DNA from: a virus
DNA length: 64,000 nt
Virus record (IMG/VR): IMGVR_UViG_3300043449_002510
Location: 32,001 to 96,000 of that record
Direction: 5' to 3' (one strand)
Position numbers and translations under genes: made by a program. The notes below the pieces were generated by a model, which saw nothing but the letters and a program-made list of their open reading frames with translations, made no database searches and had not been told where the DNA came from. Shown here in pieces: positions 40,447 through 50,800 of this stretch. Every line of letters starts with the position of its first letter. Position 1 is the stretch's first letter.

Positions 40447-42375
40447 TTAATTATTTAAAGAAAAAGCTATCTTGTCGATTCCATTGTGCATAAAAGAAGG
40501 AAATTTTTGAGTAGTCAGATAAGGCAAATAAGCTATATCGAAATATCCTTTGTGATTATTATTTCCTTCTAAGAAAATTATATTTTCCATAACTGGCGAG
40601 AATTCTAGCCATTTATGCACATAAGGATTACCATCTATTAATCCTTTGTGTTCTGGTTTTGTTGCAACATACAGCGACCAATCTGGATAATTTTCTTTAA
40701 TAGACTTAAATAAAGAAGTCAATAAATAAATATCTTCTGCGCTATCTGGTTGAACGATTATCACTCTTCCTTTATCATTTTTATCTAAAGCGTCTTCAAA
40801 ACTTTTTGTCTTGCCATCTTTTTCTTGTATTTTTTGAGTTGCAACTTGTCTAAAATATTGATCAATTTGTTTTCGATTCAAGTCTTTATTTATTCTCAAC
40901 ATCCAATGCTTATATCCATCATCATTTTTGTCGATTTCTTTTCTATCTAAAATATTATGATACAAACTAATAATCCAATCCCCATCATCTTTTATTTCTG
41001 GAATTACAGCGTTCGGATTTGGGTTTTCTTTATTCTCTACAATAGAGAAATCTATTACTTTTGGAGCCGAATCAATAAAATCCTCTAAATATTTTCCTAT
41101 TGTTTCTACGGAGAAGTTATCTATAACCCATTGGCGAGCTTTTTTACCCAATTCTTTTTTACTTTCCGGCTTCATTTCTAATACTTTATTTAATTGTTTT
41201 GCTATAGAACTTGGGTAAGTGCTTGCCTTGATAAACATTGTATCTGGCTCTCTATATTCTGCCCAATCCAAAGAAAGAGATCCAGCTTCTGGCTCGCAAG
41301 AATCCTCTCCACAGCTATAATTAGTGACTAAAGTAATAAGTTCTGTTAATTTAGCTTCTTGAATTGGAATTTCTTGACCGCCAGAAGTGAATGGATGACA
41401 ATAAACGTCCATTAAATTATAAATTTCATTTAATTGAATTTCATTTACTCCAAAGCCGGGGCTAGTTGTCGTTTGAGACTTTTGTGTACGACAAAAATTA
41501 CAATTTTCTTCATTGCTTGAAAATGACTTTATTTCGTATTTTCCACAATTTTTGCAGACATATGTAGTTAAAATATCTGAATTTGAAACACCATGTTCTT
41601 GCAAAAGTTTTTGAATATTCCAGCCTTCTGACCAAGAAGTATGTAATAATAATTTTGTTTTTAATTTAGGATTGTTTTGTTTAAATAATTTGAATCCTTG
41701 AATTAAATTAGGAACACTTTTTCTGAGTTGATTTCTAAATACGAATCCAACAATAAAAGTATCTTTATCTATTTTATTTTTTTGTCTAATCTGTAATCTT
41801 TCGGAATCGCTTAATCTATAAAAATTATTAACATTTAAACTTCCTCTTACAGTTTTAACATGATTGAGCCCCATTTTATGCATTGCTTTAGTTGCAAAAT
41901 CAGCCCAACTCCAAAAATGTTTTGTTTTTTGTGCAGCAACAACTGCTTTATCTAAAATTGGCAAAGAGTCCAGCGTTGTCCATAAGACTGAGGTTATCTT
42001 ATTAAACCATGGTTTTTCTATTGAAAAATCAATTCCCCAAATATCTTGTATCGATATTAAAACATCTGGTTTTTCTTGTTTAATAGCATCATCAATGCTG
42101 TAAGCTCCATATCCAGCCATTCTACTAATAGCATCCCAGCTCTTAGGATCATTTTGTTGGTGAATTTGTTGTACTTTCTCTGGATTAACAGTTCCAATTG
42201 TTTTCCAAGGAGTTCTTTCTAATTCATGAGTATTTGTGGTTAAAGAACCAACTGCTAAGTTAACAAGTTCATATTTGTTTGTTTTATATAAGTATTCCAT
42301 TATGTTTCTGCAATTTTTGCCGAAACCCGTTTTAGCCAATGGAAAATCCGAATGAATTAAAACCTTTTTTTTCAT
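40447..42375 (-). CDS. GT4-like (GT-B) glycosyltransferase with a Zn-ribbon insertion and a C-terminal GT9-like N-domain
   Basis: KTGFG N-terminal loop, FRNQLRKSVP, LNEIYNLMDVYCHPFTSGGQEIPIQEA; CKNC...CNFC insertion. Confidence 0.8.
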   Translation of the reverse strand: MKKKVLIHSDFPLAKTGFGKNCRNIMEYLYKTNKYELVNLAVGSLTTNTHELERTPWKTIGTVNPEKVQQIHQQNDPKSWDAISRMAGYGAYSIDDAIKQEKPDVLISIQDIWGIDFSIEKPWFNKITSVLWTTLDSLPILDKAVVAAQKTKHFWSWADFATKAMHKMGLNHVKTVRGSLNVNNFYRLSDSERLQIRQKNKIDKDTFIVGFVFRNQLRKSVPNLIQGFKLFKQNNPKLKTKLLLHTSWSEGWNIQKLLQEHGVSNSDILTTYVCKNCGKYEIKSFSSNEENCNFCRTQKSQTTTSPGFGVNEIQLNEIYNLMDVYCHPFTSGGQEIPIQEAKLTELITLVTNYSCGEDSCEPEAGSLSLDWAEYREPDTMFIKASTYPSSIAKQLNKVLEMKPESKKELGKKARQWVIDNFSVETIGKYLEDFIDSAPKVIDFSIVENKENPNPNAVIPEIKDDGDWIISLYHNILDRKEIDKNDDGYKHWMLRINKDLNRKQIDQYFRQVATQKIQEKDGKTKSFEDALDKNDKGRVIIVQPDSAEDIYLLTSLFKSIKENYPDWSLYVATKPEHKGLIDGNPYVHKWLEFSPVMENIIFLEGNNNHKGYFDIAYLPYLTTQKFPSFMHNGIDKIAFSLNN

Positions 42376-42380
42376 TTTTA

Positions 42381-42869
42381 TTAAAAATCTTTGACTGTTG
42401 GTTTAACAAAAGCTTTTCTTAAAGAAAAAATCAAAAACTCTCTAATCAATCTTGATTCAGCAAAAGTTAATCCAATATAAAAACTGTTTTTTGAAGTAGA
42501 ATCTTCTTTATCTGTTACCGTTATAGAAAATGAGTAGCCTTTTTGTGTTGGTTTTTCTCCCTCTGCCACTTTATTCATCCATGGAGAAAACTGTATTGAT
42601 TTTATATATTTTTCTCCATCATGCATTGTAGAAAATGAACGATTTTTATCAATACAATCTAAAATAGCCCCCACTTCAACGGGCTCTAATTTTACGCTAA
42701 CATTTTTAGAGGGATCATTTTTACTATCTTTAAATACTCCTATTTTTTTATTTACATCCCAACCGCATTGTTTTAATAAAGTAGCAAAAATAGTCTTATC
42801 TTTATCTGATTGAGAAAATGAACAGGCAAACCCAGTATTATTTTTATTTGGATGATATATTTGCGGCAT
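42381..42869 (-). CDS. Putative Whirly-like ssDNA-binding protein
   Basis: VKLEPVEVGAIL...FSTMHD...KSIQF...GYSFSI...FYIGLTFAESRLI parallels the Whirly motif order. Confidence 0.5.
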   Translation of the reverse strand: MPQIYHPNKNNTGFACSFSQSDKDKTIFATLLKQCGWDVNKKIGVFKDSKNDPSKNVSVKLEPVEVGAILDCIDKNRSFSTMHDGEKYIKSIQFSPWMNKVAEGEKPTQKGYSFSITVTDKEDSTSKNSFYIGLTFAESRLIREFLIFSLRKAFVKPTVKDF

Positions 42870-42920
42870 ATATTGTGTATTTTATTATAGAATAAATAGG
42901 TAAAAGGTTCTAAAATTTAG

Positions 42921-45900
42921 ATGAATTTAGGAGAAAAAAATTCAACATTAAAGAATAAAGTTTTTGATGGAGCTTATTCTGTTTTTATTACTTCAATTGA
43001 TCCAGAGTTGGAGAGTTTTTGGATTTCTACGGGAATAAATCCAAGTGGGGTAACTGGCATTTTAGTAAAATATACTAGCGGTAACAAAAATATTGAAAGT
43101 GGATTTTATGCCACAGGATTAAGGCCAAATATAGGATATCAATCTGGAGCGTCAAGCGTTGGTGATTTAAGTGGATATCTTTACTACAGGGTAAATGTTC
43201 CCATTTTTGGGACATGTCATGGATTTGGAAATGATGAAAATACTTGGTATAGCGGATATAATTTTTATAACGCTTTTCATCCAGAGGGATTTGTCTCTCC
43301 ACCTTTTGGACAAAATTTTTCCACTTACAAAGCTGGAAATTATGGGTTTTCAGCTTTAGATTTAAATGGTAGCTGCTCTTCTTTGACTTCAAAAGAATAT
43401 AATGATTTATTCGGTATAGTTTCTCAAAGTGATGATGGAATTACAGCTTCGGCAGAAGAAATAGATCCTCAAGCTGATTCTTTTTTAAATTCTCCAGCTA
43501 TAGCTTGTCCACAAGATCTGTCTGTTGCTTATTATTGGAGAGAAAAGCAATATAAAATAATAGCTGGTACAGCCGGTGCAATTACTGCGAATATATTTTT
43601 TAATAATAATCCTATTCCAATTTCATTGGATATGTTTGATATTAAAACTAGCTTTAGATATGATTCCAGTGGAGAAAAATTAGATGGAGATTTATACGAA
43701 GATTCAGATGGAAGAAAAAAAGAAAAAATTTTATATACAATAAAATATTTAAATGGTAAACCAGTTCCCAAATATTACAATTTAGTAACTAAAGGCAGTA
43801 ATCCTCTATTAAGTAAAACATGTTACGGCTCCATAACTGAAGGGAAATTGGTAGAAGGAAGTGTTTTAGGCAGTACACAAATTACAAGTTTGTTAATAGA
43901 TTCTCCAGACATTCTTGGAGAGCCATCAAAAAGCGCTTTTGATCCTTTTGTTTGGTGGAATTCTTGGCATTTTTTGTTTAAAGAAAATTCTGATGGGTTT
44001 CCTTTTCAAAATGACTATAAATCTTACTCTACTGAAGGTGGAGATTATTTTGGTCTTGCAAAAACTCCTAATAGTGCAAATTATGGAAGCAAAATATTTA
44101 AAGCTGAATTATCTGACCCAGATCATTATTGGGAAAATAGACAATGCCCAGGAATTGTAGATTTCCTTCCTCATACTTTTGGAGCTTCTATATATGCTTG
44201 TCCATCTTATTATTTTGATGTTCCATATTATGCTGCTTTAAATAAATTTGGTTTTTATGGAGTTAGGTTTTTTAATGGTTGCGTTAGTTTAAATTTGAAC
44301 TATCCATCCTCTGGATATAATCCTAATTCGAACCCTCCTTCTGGAGCGGAAAATGCTTTAGAGCTTCCCGGAGAAGGTTATTCTTATGTTTATCCAGAAG
44401 AAGATGAGCCAGATGAAGATGTTGGAATAAATTATGGAAATAATATATATGATAATTTATTAAATATAGCTAAATCAGAAGAGTCGGTTAATGATTTTTT
44501 TGCTTTAAACAAGTCTTTTTTTCTGTGGGCAAATTATCAAATAATCACTGGTATTAATGAATATAATATTTTAACAGGAAAATATTCTTTCTTTTCTGGC
44601 TTATTGTCAAGATATTTAAATGAATTTGATTTAATTTTTCCAAGTGGTAAAAACGATTTATTGTCAAATAAAAATTGGTTTCAATTACAAGAGTCAAAGT
44701 TATTTTTTGATACTGGATTTTCTTCCTCACTTCTTTCGAATAATGAAAATTACAAACAGTTAACAAAATCTATACTTAATTCGATTTCTCCAGAAGATCT
44801 TTCTTTCTGGGATAAAATAGAAAAAGAATTTTCTAATTACGTTTTGTTTGAGTCTGGAATAGTTGACACCGGATTTTATGACTCGTTTGAGAAAGCAAAA
44901 ATAGAAAGATTCCAAACTAGATATTTAGAAAATTTTGTACAAGGCAATGCAATAGATTTATACCCATCAAATAAAATAACTTTCGGTTTTGATTACGCAA
45001 AAAATTTTATAGATAGTCCATCTTGGGGGAAAGCAATAAATCTTTTTGGCTTAACTTCTAAATTTGAAGACTCGGGATTAGATAGAAGATATTTTGTTGG
45101 TGCTTATGCAGAAGCATTAGATTTCGTTGGATATTCAGAGTACATAAATTTAATAAATTCTCAAATAGAAAATCATTCGTTCTATCCGGGTTATTTTAAT
45201 TCTAAATTTGGAAAAGATTTTCAAGATGAAGAATATTTGCCGGTATTAATGGGTAATGCTTTTTCTGGAGAAGAGATAAATAAAAATACAATTACTGGGG
45301 GAAGAAATATATTTAAAGATGGTTGGTTTGCCTTGGGATATGGAGGAATGATTAAATTAAAAAATTCTTATTCTTGTTTTACTCCCATTTTTATTCAACA
45401 ACCGATAAATACAGTTCATTGTAAAATAGGACAATCTCCAACTTTCAGATGTTTGGCAGTTGACTATCACACCATTCCAGAAGATAAGATAAATGATCGA
45501 TATCCAGAAATAATTTATTGGACTAAGAAATTAAAAATAATAGATTCAAAATATAAAAATAAATACCCTTTATCTTATAAATGGTTCAGAATACCTAAAT
45601 CAAGCTGTGGAAATAATTTTGATAATTTTTTACTTAGTGGTTATTTTACAAACACGGGAACTACTGATTATTTTCATAATCCAACCGGTTTTCCTCCTTT
45701 GGAACCTTCTGATATAAGTGGAAAGTGGTGCTGTCTAGAAGGAGATGGTCCAAATTGCACTTTAATTCACCCAAAAGAATGTATTCCTGTTTTTTCTGGT
45801 AACGCTTCTTGGTCTTCAAAATATGAAGGAACTCCTGGATTCGAAGATGCTAAAAGAAATAATTTCTACATGAAATTAAAAAAAGGAGCAATTAAGGATG

Positions 45901-47828
45901 AAGATGATGAATATTATTATTTTTGTATGACAAAAGGAAGATTTGGAATTAGAATTAGCGAACCTTCTGAATTATTTGTAGATGAAACTTTAAGATTTGA
46001 TATATCTGTTCAAAATGGAGGTAATTCAAAAATTAATCCAAAAATTTCTTTTGACTTCGGAACTGGGATAATAGAAATCGGAGAAGTTGAAGTTCCTTCT
46101 TATGGAGGTTTTTATAAAGATTCAAATTTTATACCAGAAAACATAGTTCAACAAAAAATACCTCCTCCAAATAAAGGTTTTGGAGATGTTTATTCATATA
46201 AATTTGTTGGAACTTGGGGTTATGGAGGAGCTTTACAAACTTACTCACCGGGAACATTAGACGACACGAGAGGTTTAAAAGAAACATGGGGTAGATTTTT
46301 ACATTATGGATCATTAATAAAATATCAAAAACAATTGTCTCAGTCAGAGGGAGATTTAATTTATGGGACTCCTCATTTACCAACCTGTGTTAGCGGTTTA
46401 ATAAAAGAAGATAAATATGGTTTATTTCTAAACATAAGCGTTGACACAAAAAATGGTTCTTCAAAAATTATTCATTGGGCAAATATGCAGGACCCAATTG
46501 TTAGTACAGATGGAAAATTCGGAGTTCTTTGGAAAAAATTAGGAAACGCTGGAGAGCTTTATAATCCAATTTCTTATTTAAAGAATGGAGCAATAGATTC
46601 CTCTATATCTCCCGGTTTAGGGCAGTGGCAGTGGGGAAATAATTTGGGAACAATCCACAAGTTTGGATATACGAGTCCAAACAGTGAATTAAAAACCTCT
46701 CCTGGATTTTTAAATGACGATAACAAAAATGAATTGAAAGAAAAACTATTAAAGAATAGTTTGGATGGTCCTGATTGTGGTTGGAATGAATACGGTTTGG
46801 GAAGAAATATGCTTTATTGGATTGAAGGTTTTAGCTCTTTTTATCTTTTTTGTGATCCAATCAAAAAGAAGAATGTAACTAATTATAACTATATGGGTCC
46901 GGCATTGAGACAAACAAATAGTTCAATTCAACATTTTTGGCTTGGTAAACCATCAAATACTTATTTAAAAAGATATCCAATGTTTGGGCCTTATGCATAT
47001 CAATGGAAAGTTATGCCACATAATAGAGATAGAAATGGTAATGGAATGTCAGAAGGATTTTACTCTTATGGTTGGGGAACAAACTATAACTCCATGTATG
47101 ATGCACCAGCTATATATGGTTTATTTAGACAATACAAAGAACCTTCAGAAGGACAACAAGAAGAAATAAATCAAATAAATAATTTAAGAACAGAAATTTT
47201 TGGGGTGTTTGGTCAAGCAGCAGTGAGAAGTACTCGTTTCGGATTTACTTATGGAAATGGTGGAGCAGTTCGATATGGAAATATTTGGATAGGAAAAATA
47301 ACGGAAACTGGAACCGGAATAAATTATCCTAATTATAAGATTCGAGAATATGTTAAATCTGGGGAATACTTATCTAAGTATCCAAAATTTGGATTGTATG
47401 GATGCGATGATTCTGATTTAAAAAATGGGGATTGTTTTGACCCATGTTTAAGTATACGATATCCTTTTGGATTTTTACCGGGAGGAAAAAAACAAAAACT
47501 TACAAGTGCGGTACCTAGTGGCTCTGGTTATAGTATAGTTGCAAACAATATATTTTCTGGAGATTCTTTTTATGAAAAAACTTCTTATTTAAGTGGCGAA
47601 TTTTTTCGGGGCCCCTTTGGAACTCCTCATCATATATATTTAAAAGGAACAGGAAAAAACATAAATGGTTTTTCTCCTTGTTCTGATGGTGGAGCAGATC
47701 ATTGCAATTATCTTACTCCAACTATCAATTTAGGGGCTTCTTCTTATTTATCTACAGAAATTCCAACTATGATATCTGCTTCAGCGGTAGCAACTTCTTC
47801 AATTGATTACGTGCTTCCTAATTTATAA
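42921..47828 (+). CDS. Giant Cys/Trp/Tyr-rich virion-like protein with an interrupted Ig-like domain
   Basis: 1635 aa; PIFIQQP...GQSPTFRCLA...PLSYKWFR...YYYFCMTKGRFGIRISEPSEL; GTGTATTT motif upstream. Confidence 0.6.
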   Translation: MNLGEKNSTLKNKVFDGAYSVFITSIDPELESFWISTGINPSGVTGILVKYTSGNKNIESGFYATGLRPNIGYQSGASSVGDLSGYLYYRVNVPIFGTCHGFGNDENTWYSGYNFYNAFHPEGFVSPPFGQNFSTYKAGNYGFSALDLNGSCSSLTSKEYNDLFGIVSQSDDGITASAEEIDPQADSFLNSPAIACPQDLSVAYYWREKQYKIIAGTAGAITANIFFNNNPIPISLDMFDIKTSFRYDSSGEKLDGDLYEDSDGRKKEKILYTIKYLNGKPVPKYYNLVTKGSNPLLSKTCYGSITEGKLVEGSVLGSTQITSLLIDSPDILGEPSKSAFDPFVWWNSWHFLFKENSDGFPFQNDYKSYSTEGGDYFGLAKTPNSANYGSKIFKAELSDPDHYWENRQCPGIVDFLPHTFGASIYACPSYYFDVPYYAALNKFGFYGVRFFNGCVSLNLNYPSSGYNPNSNPPSGAENALELPGEGYSYVYPEEDEPDEDVGINYGNNIYDNLLNIAKSEESVNDFFALNKSFFLWANYQIITGINEYNILTGKYSFFSGLLSRYLNEFDLIFPSGKNDLLSNKNWFQLQESKLFFDTGFSSSLLSNNENYKQLTKSILNSISPEDLSFWDKIEKEFSNYVLFESGIVDTGFYDSFEKAKIERFQTRYLENFVQGNAIDLYPSNKITFGFDYAKNFIDSPSWGKAINLFGLTSKFEDSGLDRRYFVGAYAEALDFVGYSEYINLINSQIENHSFYPGYFNSKFGKDFQDEEYLPVLMGNAFSGEEINKNTITGGRNIFKDGWFALGYGGMIKLKNSYSCFTPIFIQQPINTVHCKIGQSPTFRCLAVDYHTIPEDKINDRYPEIIYWTKKLKIIDSKYKNKYPLSYKWFRIPKSSCGNNFDNFLLSGYFTNTGTTDYFHNPTGFPPLEPSDISGKWCCLEGDGPNCTLIHPKECIPVFSGNASWSSKYEGTPGFEDAKRNNFYMKLKKGAIKDEDDEYYYFCMTKGRFGIRISEPSELFVDETLRFDISVQNGGNSKINPKISFDFGTGIIEIGEVEVPSYGGFYKDSNFIPENIVQQKIPPPNKGFGDVYSYKFVGTWGYGGALQTYSPGTLDDTRGLKETWGRFLHYGSLIKYQKQLSQSEGDLIYGTPHLPTCVSGLIKEDKYGLFLNISVDTKNGSSKIIHWANMQDPIVSTDGKFGVLWKKLGNAGELYNPISYLKNGAIDSSISPGLGQWQWGNNLGTIHKFGYTSPNSELKTSPGFLNDDNKNELKEKLLKNSLDGPDCGWNEYGLGRNMLYWIEGFSSFYLFCDPIKKKNVTNYNYMGPALRQTNSSIQHFWLGKPSNTYLKRYPMFGPYAYQWKVMPHNRDRNGNGMSEGFYSYGWGTNYNSMYDAPAIYGLFRQYKEPSEGQQEEINQINNLRTEIFGVFGQAAVRSTRFGFTYGNGGAVRYGNIWIGKITETGTGINYPNYKIREYVKSGEYLSKYPKFGLYGCDDSDLKNGDCFDPCLSIRYPFGFLPGGKKQKLTSAVPSGSGYSIVANNIFSGDSFYEKTSYLSGEFFRGPFGTPHHIYLKGTGKNINGFSPCSDGGADHCNYLTPTINLGASSYLSTEIPTMISASAVATSSIDYVLPNL

Positions 47829-47839
47829 TATAATGCTTT

Positions 47840-50800
47840 ATGAGTTCTGCTAATTATATTTATGGTTTAACTGCTGTAACTGCTTTTCTTAGGTGCGAAG
47901 CGAAAGCCTCTAATTTAACAGAGGTTCTTTTGCAAAATTTAAGTTTGGCTTTTGGTGGTAAAATTGAAGATGGAATTTATTTATATAAAAACTTTAAATT
48001 AAATTCAAGCCTTAATCAAACTTTGGGTTTCACTAATGCTGAATGGGATAATTTGGAAGCATTAATAGATGGAAATCAGCAGTCAAAAATAGGAATAGCT
48101 TCATTAATATATTGTTTTTCTATATATTCAAATATTGAAAATAAATATAGAGAATATTATGTAAATAAATTATTTAATTATATTTATAGTAACAAACCTC
48201 CTAAATACTTTTCTTCTTCCGAAATAAAAACTTTAGTTGATTCATTTTCTATTTCAGCAATTAATTTAGAAATAGAGCAATCTAATGCAAAAACAAGCTC
48301 TAAAGCAATAAATTATAATTTTTATGATTCTCTTCCATTGTTTGCAAATCTTGAGTCAGATTCTAATTTAAAACAATTAATAAAAGATTCTGAAAATCAA
48401 TATTATTATCTTTCTGGAGAACTTATTTATGACCTTGATGTAAAGTCAACGGAGTGCGAAAAAAATATTATTTCTATATTAACTCCAAGCGGAGAAATAA
48501 CAACAACTGTTTACAGAAATATTCCATGTTTTGAAAAAGACTCATTTGTTGGACCCGTTTCTGGAATTAAATTTTTAAGATTTTTTAATGACGGCCCTCC
48601 AAGCTCTGGGTATTTTGAGAAGGATATTATGGAGGCTTATATAAAATTTGATGAAAATATAAATAATTCTAAAGATTATCTTTCTAACAAAAACATTTTA
48701 TACTCTTTTGTAAAAGATCAAAGTGGAAACTATATATATTTAAAATCTGGAGTTCAGATTGACGCTCAAGGAGCTTTCAGTTCAACTGGAGAGTATGGGT
48801 ATCTTCATACTAATTTAATTTATTCTGACGAAGGTTGTGAATGGACGAAAGAAGAGTTAGAAAAGCTGCCTTTAATGCGAATGCATCAAGGAGATAATAT
48901 ACCTAAATATATCTATTCAAAAACTAAAAATTTATCAAATGAATGTGTTACAGGTATAAGTGGTCCATTTAATTGGACGGGATTTAAGTTTGTCAATTTT
49001 GAATTAAAAGATTCTTGGTTAAAATATTTCGATTTTATTGATGTTAATCCGAGAATGGATAAATCAAGAACGTTAAAAAGGGCTTTGAATATAGAGAATG
49101 ATTTGCAAGATTCAATTATTCATTCTCCTTATTTAAATGTTACGAGTTCGGAAAATGGAGTTTTAGAATGCAATCAATATGTCGGCCCACCACAATTGAA
49201 TTCAGATTATTCTAGTTTGCCGGGATTTGCTTTTTATCAAACTTTTGATAATAAAAATTTTGGAACTGGAAATTCAGAAGAGTTTTCTACCATAAATATT
49301 TTTCCGACTATATCCTCGGGGTCCGCTTTTACAAATTTAAAATCCAATAGAGAGCTAAGTGTATCTTCATTTCCAATTTTTACTGGAAAAAAAATAAATC
49401 ATGATTCATTTAATAATACAACAAAAATAATAATAAACAAGACCTTTAACTCCAGTTCTATTGCTGATTATGATGATATTTTCAAAAAATCAATTGCAAT
49501 TGGTGACGCTTTTAATAATCAAATTTCTGGAACGACTTCTCTTCAATATAATGCTGGTTATTTCTATACTGGATATGATATTTACAAGAATGGAGAAAAA
49601 GTAATTTTAGGATCTTTGTTGTCCGAATATGAAGATAAAAAAATTGGAGCAAAATATTCAAAAGTAAAGTATTTAACAGGGTATTTAGATACTGAAACTG
49701 ATAAAGTATATTCAATTACCCCTCTAACTGCTCATATTTTTACTGGGATTTCTGGCGAAAATTTAAAATCTGTTGGTGAATATATAGTTTATTATTACTT
49801 TAATACAAACACTGGGGCTGGATCTATCCTTTCGGTGAACACAGGATGGAATGCGAGTTTTGCTCCTATCCCAGAGGGTGTTTTACAAAATCCAAGTAAA
49901 TATAGTGGTCTTTATGATTATCAAAAAGTAGAAAATTATTTTCCAAGATATTATAGCGGTCCATTTGCATCTTACGAGAATAAATTTCTTTATCCAAACG
50001 CTGAATACACATACAACGAATATAGTTCTTTTGTAAATGGATTTCCATATAAAATTTCTTACAAAATAAAAATAAAAGAAGAAACGGTTCGCGAGATATG
50101 TTTTTCTTCCGGTTTTGATGGTTCATTCGAATATTTAAATGTTATAAGAGCTGGACCATCTGGTGTTGATACGCCTTATGTTGATTATAATGCTTTGACA
50201 GGATTAGAAAGAAAAATGGTTACGCCATTTACTTTAAGTACCCCAGATTTGTCTTTACAAAATAAATACAATTTTTATAAAAATACTGGTTTTTATAATT
50301 CTAATGGTTGGTTTTTTTACAATTCTCCAATTTCTTTAAATCAAAACTCTTCTTTTGTTGATTCTTTTTATGTTAGGGGCAGCGTGAATTATTGGCTTCC
50401 AGAAAAAATAAACAACACAAATTATAAATTTTCAATTATTGATTATAACAAATCCGTTAATAGACTCAATACATTTTTTAATGGTGTTAGAATTACTGGG
50501 TTACCAATTCAGAAAAAAATAAAAATAAGTAATAATTTAGAAAAGACTGTTTCATCCATTGTTGAAGCTCCCTCTTCTCTTTATTGGGGCTACAAGGGGA
50601 CTGAAATTAGTGGCGAGATGTTTTATTGTCCTCCAATTTTTGATTTAAATTATTATCAAAAATATATAAATAGTGGATTTTTAAATGTTTTCGCTAAAGA
50701 AAATAGTAAATTTTGGACTTTTTATGGAGAGCCTAGACATGTTTTCTCTCTTAATGGAAAAATTAAAGAGACAGACAGGCTATATAGTGGAAATTCAGTT

